64,000 nt of DNA, taken from contig JANLSU010000120.1 of assembly GCA_031362565.1 (NCBI GenBank), positions 32,001 through 96,000 on the forward strand, given 5' to 3'. Made by a program: the position numbers and the translations under genes. Positions 19,360-29,452 of this stretch are shown piece by piece; positions within the stretch are counted from its first letter, which is position 1; every line of letters begins with the position of its first letter. The DNA comes from a bacterium. GTDB lineage: Bacteria > Krumholzibacteriota > Krumholzibacteriia > G020349025. Under the pieces are notes generated by a model. The model was not told the origin of the DNA. It was given only the letters and a program-made list of their open reading frames with translations, and searched no databases.

Positions 19360-20973
19360 TTAGTGCGAGAAGCCCTCCAGCTTGTAGTGATGGTCGAGCC
19401 GCCGCAACGCCAGCGCCATGGCGGCAACTCGCGCCGGCACCTTCTTGCCCAGCGTGTAGCCCTTCGAGTTGTGCGTCTTGGTGGCGCGCGGCCGGTCGTT
19501 GACGATGTCCAGAATGATGTTGTAGTTGGCCTTGATCGCCTCACGCAACCGCTCGTTCACCTGGGATTCCATCCAGTGATCGAGGGTGTTGTTCTGCAAC
19601 CACTCGTAGTAGCTGACGATCACGCCGCCGGCATTGGCGATGATGTCGGGGATGATCTCGACACCGCGCTCGAGAAGGACGCGCTCGCCCGCCTTGGTGC
19701 ACGGCCCGTTGGCGCCTTCGGCCACGACCTTGCAGTTCAAGATCTGCGCCGTGCTCTCGTCGAGGGTGCCACCCAAGCCGGCCGGCACGAACATGTAGGC
19801 GTTGATCTTGAAGAATTCTTCCTTCGAGATCTTCTGCGCCTTCGAATAGCCGTCGACGCTGCGCTTCACATTGGCGCCGCCGTAGACGTATTCATGCAAG
19901 TCTTCGGGATCGATGCCGTTCGGATTGTAGATCGTGCCGTCACGGTCATCGACTCCGACCAGCTTGGCGCCGTACGGCACCATGATGCGGGCCAGGTTCG
20001 AGCCCACGTTGCCGAAGCCCTGCAGCGTGAAGGTGACGTCTTTGTACGACACTTGTTCCGGCGCGATGAGCTTGTCGGGCGCCGGCGACTGCTTGTGGCG
20101 CAGGAATTCCTCGATGCAGAAGAAGAGCCCGCGCCCCGTGGCGGCTTCGCGGCCCTCGCTGCCCCAGATGCGCACGTCTTTCCCGGTCACGCAGCCGCGG
20201 AGCTTCGCCGGTTCCGATTCACCATCGGTGTACTGGCGGTAAAACGCGCCCATGATGACCGAGTCGGTGCCGACGTCCGGCGCCGGGATGTCGACGTTGG
20301 GCCCGACGAACGGCTTCAGCTTGTACATGAAGCGGAGCGAAATACGCTCCAGTTCCTCGGCCGAATAGTTGCGCGGATCGATCTTGATGCCGCCCTTGCC
20401 GCCGCCGAGCGGAATGTTACCGATCGCCGTCTTCCAGGTCATTTCGGCGGCCAGTGACTTGAATAAATCGAGCGACACTTGATGGTGATAGCGAATGCCG
20501 CCCTTGTAGGGACCGCGAATGTTGTTGTGCTGGACGCGATAGCACTTGAAGCCTTCGGGCTGGCGCTCTTGGATGCGATACAGGCTGCCCTGAAAACGCA
20601 GCACTCCATCGCGCACCGTCGCGGAGCTGCGCGCGAACATGCTCGGCCGGTACGAAATAACGGCGTTCGCCAGCACCCGGTAGTCCTTGCCGTTCAAATC
20701 ACTCTCGGGCAGGTCGGCAAAGTCCTTGCCGTACTGCGCAAGTTCCTGCTCGGTGAGCCGGACCAGGCGGTCTTTGATGTCGACAGTGATGTTGAAGATG
20801 AGTTCGTGATGCGGCTGACGGAGTTCCATGCGCACGCGCGGATCCATCTTCAGGAGATCAGCCGTCTCCTCGAACGACGCCATGGCATCTTCGTAGATGC
20901 CACTCTTGCCCGTGTCCGTGTCGGACGGCTCAGTTGCCAGCTTGCTCATGAAGGGAAAGCCTCCATCCGCCAT
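19360..20973 (-). CDS. gdhA: Glu/Leu/Phe/Val dehydrogenase, probably glutamate dehydrogenase
   Basis: 'RVQHNNIRGPYKGGIRYH', 'GGGKGGI', 'DIPAPDVGT', 'GREAATGRG', 'QGFGNVG', 'EGANGP', 'ANAGGVIVSYYEW'. Confidence 0.88.
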   Translation of the reverse strand: MADGGFPFMSKLATEPSDTDTGKSGIYEDAMASFEETADLLKMDPRVRMELRQPHHELIFNITVDIKDRLVRLTEQELAQYGKDFADLPESDLNGKDYRVLANAVISYRPSMFARSSATVRDGVLRFQGSLYRIQERQPEGFKCYRVQHNNIRGPYKGGIRYHHQVSLDLFKSLAAEMTWKTAIGNIPLGGGKGGIKIDPRNYSAEELERISLRFMYKLKPFVGPNVDIPAPDVGTDSVIMGAFYRQYTDGESEPAKLRGCVTGKDVRIWGSEGREAATGRGLFFCIEEFLRHKQSPAPDKLIAPEQVSYKDVTFTLQGFGNVGSNLARIMVPYGAKLVGVDDRDGTIYNPNGIDPEDLHEYVYGGANVKRSVDGYSKAQKISKEEFFKINAYMFVPAGLGGTLDESTAQILNCKVVAEGANGPCTKAGERVLLERGVEIIPDIIANAGGVIVSYYEWLQNNTLDHWMESQVNERLREAIKANYNIILDIVNDRPRATKTHNSKGYTLGKKVPARVAAMALALRRLDHHYKLEGFSH

Positions 20974-21185
20974 GTTGATCGTAAACGCTCCCAGAGGCCT
21001 CCATTATAGGCAGGTGCCAACGGGCCAAGGAAGGGGCCCGCGGCCCAGGCCAGCCGCCATGGGTCCTGCGGGGGGCGCCCCCCCCGCCCGCGCCAGGGGC
21101 GGACCTTCCGTTGACGCTGTTGGGGGGCTCCTCCTACCATGCGGCAAGGCCACCGGGGGTCCCGCGGCCGGGAGGGGTCTGGACG

Positions 21186-21791
21186 ATGGGCAAGCGGCAC
21201 ACACGGCGACGCTGGATTCTGGCCGCCGCCGCCATCGCGATCCTCGCCGGCTGTGCGAAGAAGGACTCCGGCGATGCGGCCCCCCAGGCCGGCCGGCCGG
21301 GTGCCGGAGCCGCGAGCGTCCCGACCGACGGCCACGCCGTGCCGCTCAAGCAAACGGGGCTCGGCAGTGCCAGTGAACTGCAGCGCGAACTGCGGAAGCT
21401 TTCCAACGCCACTGCGGCAGCGACGTTCGAGACCGCCTTCCGTCAAACGTTCACGACCGATAAGTCGCAGCGCGACTACGCAACGGCGCGCATTGCGTTG
21501 GCGGATTTCATCATGGCGAATCCCACCTTCGCGCCCGCCTATCGCACCCTGGCGTATGCGGAGTTCAACCTCAACCCGGCCGATCCCGCGGCGTCGCTGG
21601 CGGAATACGACAAAGCAGTGGCGCTCGAGCCGGAATACGGCGAGGCACACTACGCAATCGCCTTCATGTGCGCCGCGACCGGCGAGCGCGAGAAAGGCGC
21701 CGCGCACTTTCGCAAGGCGATGCAGCTCGGCGTCCCGGATGAGCGCAACATCGGCGCCAATTTCTACGCAGACGTGATCCAAACGCACTGA
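21186..21791 (+). CDS. TPR-containing lipoprotein
   Basis: Lipobox LAGC after hydrophobic stretch. TPR-like 'YDKAVALEPEYGEAHYAIA'. Confidence 0.75.
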   Translation: MGKRHTRRRWILAAAAIAILAGCAKKDSGDAAPQAGRPGAGAASVPTDGHAVPLKQTGLGSASELQRELRKLSNATAAATFETAFRQTFTTDKSQRDYATARIALADFIMANPTFAPAYRTLAYAEFNLNPADPAASLAEYDKAVALEPEYGEAHYAIAFMCAATGEREKGAAHFRKAMQLGVPDERNIGANFYADVIQTH

Positions 21792-21816
21792 AGCGGATCG
21801 AGCGGCGGGATCGAAC

Positions 21817-23337
21817 ATGCACATCGTCGCCCCGATCCTGAAGTGGACCTACTTCGGCGTTTGCTTGGGACTGACGCTCTTCGGCCTGTACCGGCTGGCG
21901 ATCTTGGCGGCGTGGTGGCGCGCCGCGCGCCGGCCGAAGCTGCCGCCGCCCGCCGATCCGGCCGTTTGGCCACGCGTCACCGTGCAGTTGCCGCTCTTCA
22001 ACGAGCGCTGGGTGGCGCGCCGGCTGCTGGAAGCCGTCGCCGCACTCGACTACCCGCCGGATCGCTTGCAGATTCAAGTTCTCGACGATTCCACCGACCG
22101 CACCACGGTGCTGACGCGGCGCGGCGCCGCCGTGCTTCGCCGCCGGGGCGTCGACATCGAAGTCGTGCGGCGCACCGGGCGCGCCGGCTACAAGGCGGGC
22201 GCCCTCGCCCACGGATTGCACACTGCGACCGGCGAGTTGATTGCCATCTTCGATGCCGACTTCGTGCCGCGCCGCGACTTCTTGCGCCAGGTCGTGCCGA
22301 GCCTGCTTTTGCCCGGCGTCGGCGTCGTGCAGGCCCGTTGGGGGCACCTGAATCGCAACGCGACGTGGTTTACACGCTTGCAGTCCATCTTGCTGGATGG
22401 ACATTTCGCCATCGAGCAACCGGCGCGTGACGGCAATGGACTCTTGCTGACGTTCAACGGTACGGCCGGAGTGTGGCGGCGCGCCGCAATCGACGCCGCC
22501 GGTGGCTGGACGAGCGATACGTTGACCGAGGACCTCGATCTCAGTATTCGCGCCCAACTGGCGGGTTGGCGCATCGTGTACCGCGCCGATGTCGTCGTGC
22601 CGGCGGAATTGCCGGCGGATTCGAACAGTCTCCGCGCCCAGCAACGGCGCTGGACCAAGGGTGGCGTGCAAGTAGCGCGCAAGATGCTGCCGCGCATCGT
22701 GCGCTCGCCGTTGCCGTGGCGGGTGCGCTTGGCGGCGGTGTTCCACTTGGGAAGCTATGCCGGGTATCCGCTGCTCATCGGGCTCGCGCTGTTGCGAACG
22801 CCGGCGTGTCTCGCGACGCACGAACGCGGCTGGCTCGGCTTGCTGCCGGGCGAGTTGCCGCTCTTTGCGCTTGGGACGGCACCGCTCGCGGTCTTCTATT
22901 TTTTCGCGCAGCGTGCGGCCGGGGTGCGCTCGGCGCGCAAGTTCGTGTGGCGGGATTCGTTCGCGGCCATGGCACTCGGCGCGGGGCTCGCTCTCGGCAA
23001 CGCGCTCGCCGTCATGGAGGGCTTGTTTGGACGCGGCGTCGTGTTCGAACGCACACCGAAGCGCGGCTCGGGACGGGCTTTCGCGCCAACTTTGAATCGG
23101 CCGCGCTGGATGGCGACGTATCGCAGCCAGGGCACGCGCACCGCACTCCTCGAGCTGACGTTTCTCCTCTATCTCGTGCTTTGCAAATGTGTCGCCGCCA
23201 CACCGCGCCGCTGGGGCGAGTTGCCGTTTCTCTTCTTCTTCGCGTTCGGACTCTTGGCGATGTCGGTGCCGTCCTTGCGCCAAGCATGGGGTGAGAGCCG
23301 GCGGCCGCTCACGCCGCGCGCCGGCCCTCGCCTGTGA
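21817..23337 (+). CDS. Processive GT2 (cellulose synthase/mannan synthase-like) glycosyltransferase
   Basis: 'VTVQLPLFNE', 'QVLDDSTD', 'GYKAGAL', 'FDADF', 'TEDLDLS', 'QQRRW' (QxxRW). Confidence 0.9.
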   Translation: MHIVAPILKWTYFGVCLGLTLFGLYRLAILAAWWRAARRPKLPPPADPAVWPRVTVQLPLFNERWVARRLLEAVAALDYPPDRLQIQVLDDSTDRTTVLTRRGAAVLRRRGVDIEVVRRTGRAGYKAGALAHGLHTATGELIAIFDADFVPRRDFLRQVVPSLLLPGVGVVQARWGHLNRNATWFTRLQSILLDGHFAIEQPARDGNGLLLTFNGTAGVWRRAAIDAAGGWTSDTLTEDLDLSIRAQLAGWRIVYRADVVVPAELPADSNSLRAQQRRWTKGGVQVARKMLPRIVRSPLPWRVRLAAVFHLGSYAGYPLLIGLALLRTPACLATHERGWLGLLPGELPLFALGTAPLAVFYFFAQRAAGVRSARKFVWRDSFAAMALGAGLALGNALAVMEGLFGRGVVFERTPKRGSGRAFAPTLNRPRWMATYRSQGTRTALLELTFLLYLVLCKCVAATPRRWGELPFLFFFAFGLLAMSVPSLRQAWGESRRPLTPRAGPRL

Positions 23338-25382
23338 TCTGGGCGGCTCTCGCCGGACTCGCCTATACGGTGTTGGCGAGTCTGGCCTGGCGCGCCGGCC
23401 CGTGGCCGGAACACCTGGGCACCTTCTGGGTCGTTTCGGCAGTCGCCTGGGTCGCAATGTGGCGCGCATCGCGCGCCGCACTCTCTGCCCGCACCGTGAT
23501 CGCCGGCGCGGTGTTGTTCCGGTTGCTTCTCGTACCGACAGCGCCTTCGCTCTCCGACGACATTTATCGCTACGTGTGGGAAGGCCACTTGCAACGCGCC
23601 GGATTCGATCCGTATGTGCTGGCGCCCGACAACCCGGCGCTGGCACCGCTCCGTGACGCGACCTGGGCGTTGGTCAATCACCGTGAATACACCGCCATCT
23701 ACCCACCATTCACACAGCTCGTATTCCGCGGCCTCTCCATGCTGGGCGGAGTGGCCGTGTTCAAGGCCGCGTTTGCAATGCTCGATGTGCTGACGGTCTG
23801 GCTCTTGATTGTGGGGCTGCGCCGGCGCCGCATGCCGGTGGCACGCGCCGTGTTGTATGCCTGGAATCCGCTCGCCCTCATCGAGATCGCCGGCAGCGGA
23901 CATTTGGAGCCGTTGGGATTGTTGCCGCTCGTCGCCGCAGTGGTTTTCGTCGGCGAGCGGCGCGCCCGCGGCTGGGCAGCGTTGGCATTGAGCATCGGTG
24001 CGAAGTATGCCGCTGCAGCGGCGCTGCCGGCGTTTCTCGTTCGCGCCCGGCCCGGACCGCGTGCGGCGCTGACGGCGCTCGTGGTGCTGGCCGCGGGCTA
24101 TGTGGCGTTCCTGGGCGCCGGGCCGCATCTTTTCGACTCGCTCCGGGCGTATGCCGTGCACTGGCGCTTCAATGACTTGGCATTTGTTTGGCTGCGTGAA
24201 CACATCGAGGATCCGTTGCGGGCCCGGCGCGTGGCAGCAGCGCTCGTCGTCGTGTTCAGTTGCGGCGCGGCATGGCGCTGCCGCACGGTCGAAGCCGGCG
24301 CGCTGGCCGCGTTCCTGATTGCGCTGGCACTCGCTCCAACCGTGCACCCGTGGTATGTGCTCTGGCCGCTCGTCCTTGTGCCGTTGGTCGCGAGCCGCGC
24401 CGCGCTCGTGTGGAGCGCCACGGTGTTGCTGGCGTATCATTTCTTTCATCCGGTGTTCGGGCGCCCGGCGGTGGCGGAGGACGATTGGGGCCTGCGGTGG
24501 ATCGAGATGACACCGGTCTTGGTGGCGTTGCTGTTTGATGTCGTGGCGGCGCGGCGCCGGCCTGTCGCAACCGCCGGTTCGACTGCGTACGCGCCGCAGC
24601 AGGCGACGACAACCGCGCGCCTTGCCGGTACGGCACGCATTGCGCTCGTCATGCCGGCCCTCGACGAAGAGCCGTCGTTGCCGCTCGTCCTTGCCGACCT
24701 CGAACCGCTGCGCCGCGACCATGACCGCGACCGCGCCGTGCCGACAGCGTTCCTGGACGAGATCGTGCTCGTCGACAACGGCTCGCGCGACCGCACGCCC
24801 GAGATCGCGCGCGACGCCGGGCTCACGGTGTTGCGCGAAGCGCAGCGCGGCTATGGTGCCGCCTGTTTGTGCGCCCTCGCGCACCTGCGGCAGAAGCCAC
24901 CGGCCGTCGTCCTCTTTATGGACGCCGACCGCAGCGACGATGCGAGCGAGATTCCGGATCTCTTGCGGCCGATCCTGGCCGGTGAGGCCGATCTGGTGAT
25001 CGGGTCCCGCACGCGCGGCGCGCACGAGCCCGGCGCATTGTTCCCGCAAGCGCGCTTCGGCAATTGGCTCGCAACCGGCTGGATTCGCGCCTGGTACGGG
25101 TTCCAGTACACGGACCTGGGGCCGTTCCGCGCCATTCGCTGGGAAGCGCTCGAACGGATCGGCATGCGCGACCGCGACTGGGGCTGGACGCTGGAAATGC
25201 AGGTCCGCGCCCTGCAGGAGGGCCTGCGCATCAGCGAAATCCCGGTGCGCTACCGGCGGCGCGTCGGCCAGTCGAAAATTTCGGGCACGATCCTCGGCTC
25301 GGCGCGCGCCGGGCGTAAGATCCTTTGGACTTTGTGGACGCTGCGGCGTCCCGTGCGGCAGGATTCAGGCCCGCGGCCTTAG
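23334..25382 (+). CDS. Fusion of GT87/DUF2029-like membrane glycosyltransferase and DPM-synthase-like GT2
   Basis: N-half 'LSDDIYRYVWEG', 'IYPP', 'YAWNPL', 'VHPWY'. C-half 'MPALDEE', 'VDNGSRD', 'GYGAAC', 'MDAD', 'TDLGPFRAI', 'WTLEMQ'. GTGA overlap with upstream gene. Confidence 0.85.
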   Translation: MIWAALAGLAYTVLASLAWRAGPWPEHLGTFWVVSAVAWVAMWRASRAALSARTVIAGAVLFRLLLVPTAPSLSDDIYRYVWEGHLQRAGFDPYVLAPDNPALAPLRDATWALVNHREYTAIYPPFTQLVFRGLSMLGGVAVFKAAFAMLDVLTVWLLIVGLRRRRMPVARAVLYAWNPLALIEIAGSGHLEPLGLLPLVAAVVFVGERRARGWAALALSIGAKYAAAAALPAFLVRARPGPRAALTALVVLAAGYVAFLGAGPHLFDSLRAYAVHWRFNDLAFVWLREHIEDPLRARRVAAALVVVFSCGAAWRCRTVEAGALAAFLIALALAPTVHPWYVLWPLVLVPLVASRAALVWSATVLLAYHFFHPVFGRPAVAEDDWGLRWIEMTPVLVALLFDVVAARRRPVATAGSTAYAPQQATTTARLAGTARIALVMPALDEEPSLPLVLADLEPLRRDHDRDRAVPTAFLDEIVLVDNGSRDRTPEIARDAGLTVLREAQRGYGAACLCALAHLRQKPPAVVLFMDADRSDDASEIPDLLRPILAGEADLVIGSRTRGAHEPGALFPQARFGNWLATGWIRAWYGFQYTDLGPFRAIRWEALERIGMRDRDWGWTLEMQVRALQEGLRISEIPVRYRRRVGQSKISGTILGSARAGRKILWTLWTLRRPVRQDSGPRP

Positions 25383-25423
25383 GGTTCGCAGGGCGCGTGG
25401 GTGGCGATTTGGGAGGTGCAACG

Positions 25424-26308
25424 ATGCGCGTGCAACCTTGGATACCGATGGTGATCGCTCTCGTGGCGAGGACGCTGTTGCCGCTGCCGGCGGCAGCGGA
25501 GCCCGCGACGTCCGCAGTGCACGTCGACTCACTGCCAGCGGAGGTTCTGCCGGTCGACTCCACCGCCGTTTTGCGCACCGAATCACACTTCGATCACGCC
25601 GCCTGGAGCCGCCTGCTCACGGCATACGTCGATGACCAGGGACGCGTCGCGTACAAGACGTGGGTCGAGAAGGATCAACCGGCACTGCGCGCCTACCTCG
25701 ATGCCGTCGGCGCCGCCCGGCCCAGCACGTGGCCGCGTGACGAGCAGATCGCGTTTTGGATCAACTCCTACAACGCCGGCATGGTGTGGGCCGTGATGCA
25801 CGGGCAGTCGGCCGAAACCCTCATCGGACGCGCCCGCCTCTTCAAGTCGTGGAAATTCCGCGCCGCCGGCGAGAATCGCACTCCGGACTCGATCGAGCAC
25901 ACCATTCTGCGTAAGCAATTCCAAGAAGCGCGGATTCACTTCGCGCTCGTCTGTGCGTCGGCGGGTTGCCCGCCGCTCCGTCGCAACGCCTACTCGGCCG
26001 ACAGCCTGGTCTTGCAACTCGACGATCAAGCCCGGCGCTTCATCAACGATCCAACGCGCAACGTCATCGACGCGGACGCGAAGAAACTCGAACTGTCGTC
26101 GATCTTCGATTGGTTCCGCACCGATTTCGAACACGCCGCCGGCAGCGTGCCGCGCTTCCTCGCGCGCTACGTGCACGACAGCGCCGCCCACGACTGGCTC
26201 CTGGCCGGCGCCATCCCGCTTACCTTCCGCGACTACAACTGGGCGCTCAACCAACAGCCCTTCCAGCGCCCGGAACACCGCAAACTCGGCGGCAAAGGCA
26301 CGCAGTGA
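25424..26308 (+). CDS. DUF547 domain secreted protein
   Basis: 'AFWINSYNA', 'IEHTILRK', 'RIHFALVCASAGCPPL', 'SSIFDWFRTDF', 'YNWALN'. Confidence 0.9.
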   Translation: MRVQPWIPMVIALVARTLLPLPAAAEPATSAVHVDSLPAEVLPVDSTAVLRTESHFDHAAWSRLLTAYVDDQGRVAYKTWVEKDQPALRAYLDAVGAARPSTWPRDEQIAFWINSYNAGMVWAVMHGQSAETLIGRARLFKSWKFRAAGENRTPDSIEHTILRKQFQEARIHFALVCASAGCPPLRRNAYSADSLVLQLDDQARRFINDPTRNVIDADAKKLELSSIFDWFRTDFEHAAGSVPRFLARYVHDSAAHDWLLAGAIPLTFRDYNWALNQQPFQRPEHRKLGGKGTQ

Positions 26309-26463
26309 GCGGTTTCGTGACCCTGATTGCTCACTTCTCAAGGGTCGCAGGGCATGACCATCGCTTGACAGCGGCACCTCGGGTCTCGGAAACTCGGGGG
26401 GCGCGATGCAACCTGCTGGATGCGGTTCGACCGCTGCCCTGGGGTCCGGAATCGAGGAGAGAC

Positions 26464-27300
26464 TTGCGCCACCACCGCACGCCGGGGTTCCTGCCGGTCC
26501 GCGCCCGCCGTCACCAAAGCCTGCGGTGGACAAGCGCCATTTCCATCTTGATTGCTGCACTGGCGGTAACCCCCGGGCCGGCGCCTGCGGCGGATCTGCG
26601 CGTCGAGGGCACGCCCCGTGGCGCCCGCGTCATCGTGGACGGCAAGTTGGCGGGAACGCTGCCGCTCTCGCAGCCGATCACCGTGGATGCGGGCACCCAT
26701 CAACTGCGTCTCGAGTTGCCGGGATACCGTCCCGTCAAGACGCACTTCGAGGCGGCATCGATCGCATCGGTTTTTTCGCTGCGCTACGACCTGCGGCCCA
26801 TCGACCGCCGGCAAGAGTCCCTCGCGGCGCTCGCGATCGCCGGCAACGGCCAGCGCGCCATGGGACACCCCGTTTTCGGTATGACGTTGACCGTCATCGA
26901 AGCCAGCGGCATCGCGCTGGCAATCTCCGGTGAGGGAAAGTTCCAGCACGATCGCGATCGCTTCAATGAAGCGAAAGCCGAGTATGCGGCCGCTCTATCC
27001 CCGGCGGCCATCAACGCCGCGCGCACCAAGACCAACGACGCCTACGACGCCATGGGGACTTCAGAAACACTGCGCAACGTCGGGATCGGAATTGCCGCCG
27101 CGGCAGTGGCGGTTGGATTTGCCGATTTCTGGTTGCGGACCCCGCCGGGCGCCAAGACCGATCCGAACGCTCCCTCTGAAACCGGAGCGCTCGACATGCC
27201 GCTGCCGATCGCGTTGGCGCGGGCGGCGCGGCACTTTCGTCCGGATGTCTCGATCGCACCTGCGGCGGCGTTCGGCGGTTCTTTCTGGTGCAGCTTCTGA
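26464..27300 (+). CDS. PEGA domain protein
   Basis: TTG start with GAGGAG. 'TPRGARVIVDGKLAGTLPL...AGTHQLRLELPGY' followed by helical/hydrophobic C-terminus. Confidence 0.75.
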   Translation: MRHHRTPGFLPVRARRHQSLRWTSAISILIAALAVTPGPAPAADLRVEGTPRGARVIVDGKLAGTLPLSQPITVDAGTHQLRLELPGYRPVKTHFEAASIASVFSLRYDLRPIDRRQESLAALAIAGNGQRAMGHPVFGMTLTVIEASGIALAISGEGKFQHDRDRFNEAKAEYAAALSPAAINAARTKTNDAYDAMGTSETLRNVGIGIAAAAVAVGFADFWLRTPPGAKTDPNAPSETGALDMPLPIALARAARHFRPDVSIAPAAAFGGSFWCSF

Positions 27301-27317
27301 GGCCAAGGAGGGGTTCG

Positions 27318-28598
27318 GTGCAACGACGGCCATTCATCGCCCGCATCGCGTTCGTCGCGATTGCCGCGTTGCTCCTGTTCAGTTGCACGCGCCGGCCCGC
27401 TGAACCGCAGTTCAATAATCCGTTCGATCCGGCCACCGGGGGCGGGGATCCCTTCCGACTTACGGCCGAGTACACAACGCTCGGCGTCGTGGCTTTGACC
27501 TGGCACGCGCCGCCTGTGACCGGGATCACGGACTACCACATCCGGCGTTCGGTGCAGCCGGCCGGGCCGTACACTGTGACCGTGATCCCGGCAACCGCGG
27601 CTGCGGTCCAAATCACGACCGATGCGAAGTTCGCCCGCAACCGCACCAACTATTACAGGGTGCTCGCTTTCAATGGCCACGATATCAACGCTGAATCGCA
27701 AGTCGTCGCCGCGACGGTTTCTCCACCGGCAAAATTGACCATTCTCCGTACGACAACCGCATTCAATGACTCCACGGTGCCGTCACGGCAGGCCCGTTTG
27801 GTACTGCGAAGCAACTTCGGCGATTCGGTCGAAGTCGCGTCGACGCGCAGCTTTCTGGCCTCGCAGCGCTTCGCGGCGACCGACACCAATACGATCATCC
27901 CATGGGATTTGGGGGCCGCGAGTGCTCGGCACGCCAGGCTGCGCGTGTTCGCGCGCATGCACGCGAGCGGCGTCGTGTCGACCGAAATCGTCGGCGACTC
28001 CGCGCTGGCGGACTTGACGGCGAAGGTTAGACTTGTTGGCGCGGTGATCAACGACACACTCATCGTGCGCGCCAACGGCCTCGGCTTCACGCGCTTGCGC
28101 GCCGTCGGGCCGGGCGATTCTCTGGAACTGGCTCCTTGGCTGGCGAATCCGCACCCCGAGCGGACCGACTCCATCGAGGTCCGCGTCGTGTTGCAGAATA
28201 ATTCGCTGGCACCATTCGTAGTGCGCGCTGAAGCGGAGTCCGACTTTGGATTCACGCGCCGCTACGACCTGCCGGCAGTGCCACTCAGCGTCGACACCCT
28301 CGGGCTTACCTTCACCATCAACAATGCGGCTGGGCACACCGCCGGCGACGCGGAGACGACCCACCCGGACGTATTCATCGTCTCGACTGCCAAGAATGCG
28401 ACGCAGATGCGCTTCTCCGAGAGCACGGATTTCACCGGTGTGCCGTGGCAACCCTTCCGAACGACATCGACCTTCACATTGCTGGACACCGCAGGTACAC
28501 ACCGGGTCTACGGAATCTTCCGAAATCCGTTCGAGCCGCATGGGTTCGCGGTCTCGAAATCCATCGTCCTGCTGGCGCACTCTTCGGCCGCCCGTTGA
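27318..28598 (+). CDS. Lipoprotein with fibronectin type III-like domain
   Basis: GTG start with AGGAG. Lipobox LFSC, 'NNPFDP', 'LTW....YHIRR...YYRVLAFN'. Confidence 0.7.
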   Translation: MQRRPFIARIAFVAIAALLLFSCTRRPAEPQFNNPFDPATGGGDPFRLTAEYTTLGVVALTWHAPPVTGITDYHIRRSVQPAGPYTVTVIPATAAAVQITTDAKFARNRTNYYRVLAFNGHDINAESQVVAATVSPPAKLTILRTTTAFNDSTVPSRQARLVLRSNFGDSVEVASTRSFLASQRFAATDTNTIIPWDLGAASARHARLRVFARMHASGVVSTEIVGDSALADLTAKVRLVGAVINDTLIVRANGLGFTRLRAVGPGDSLELAPWLANPHPERTDSIEVRVVLQNNSLAPFVVRAEAESDFGFTRRYDLPAVPLSVDTLGLTFTINNAAGHTAGDAETTHPDVFIVSTAKNATQMRFSESTDFTGVPWQPFRTTSTFTLLDTAGTHRVYGIFRNPFEPHGFAVSKSIVLLAHSSAAR

Positions 28599-28851
28599 TT
28601 CGATCCGGCCGGCTTGGCGCTGGCACCCCATCCTTCGACGCGGGTGTTGGACCTTCAACGCCTCGAATGGACGACTCGGGACTCGCCAAGTGCTCTGCGA
28701 GACGGCGGTCCAGTTCGGCTTCCTGCTCAGGGGTAAGCGCGAGTTCCGCCTCGCGCTCCTTCTGGTCGAGGCTTTCCCAGAGTGCGAGGGCAAGTTCCAC
28801 CCGCTGATCAGCGGGAAGTTTCAACAATTCTGCCAGAGTGTTTCGAATCAT
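28474..28851 (-). pseudogene. Orphan putative addiction-module component (TIGR02574-like), C-terminus apparently replaced
   Basis: 'LLKLPADQRVELALALWESL...LTPEQEAELDRRLAEH' is typical. The expected 'IPWEEV' end is absent, the frame runs into the opposite-strand gene, and no toxin follows. Confidence 0.6.
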
Positions 28852-29041
28852 GGGACGATTCCCTCACCTCCGTACTGTGATTTCAAGTCACCCAGGCGAT
28901 CGGTTGTGGCGACTCTGAGACTCGCGATGCTGAGACTCGCTTCAGGGCAGCCCGCGAGACGAAGTGCCCAGAACGCGACGACCAGAGCCGTGATTGCGAC
29001 CGGCGTGAGGATGCGAGTCTGGGCTGTCGCCGCCGGCGCTC

Positions 29042-29452
29042 TTACTGCTGTCCGGCCGCGTCGAGCGCCAGGTTCAGCGCCAGGACGTTGACCCGCGGCT
29101 CGCCGAGCAGTTGCATGAAGCGCGTTTCGATGTGCTGTTCAACAACGGCGCGCAGGCGCGCCTCGGGGATGCCGCGCTCGCGCGCGACGCGCGGCACTTG
29201 CCAGTCGGCGGCGGCCGGCGTGATATCCGGATCGAGACCGCTCCCGGACGAGGTAACGAGGTCGATGGGAATCGGGGTGCGGTTCTGCGGATCGGACTGG
29301 TGCAGTTTCGCGACCCGTTCCTGAACGGCCTGGTGCAACGCTGGATTCGACGGCCCCAAATTCGAACCACTCGAGGCGCCGGCGTTGTACGCCGGGGTCG
29401 TCGCAGACGGCCGGCTCCAGAAGTACCGCGGGTCGTCGAAGGTCTGGCCGAT
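29042..29452 (-). pseudogene. kdpC: 5'-truncated K+-transporting ATPase subunit C
   Basis: Translates IGQTFDDPRYFWSRPSAT...YNAGASSGSNLGP...DLVTSSGSGLDPDI...GEPRVNVLALNLALD. No N-terminal TM helix, and no kdpA/kdpB adjacent. Confidence 0.8.

Noticed and set aside
28915..28940. Direct repeat CTGAGACTCGC x2
   Set aside because: Only two short copies with no spacer array, cas gene or integrase; no supportable function.
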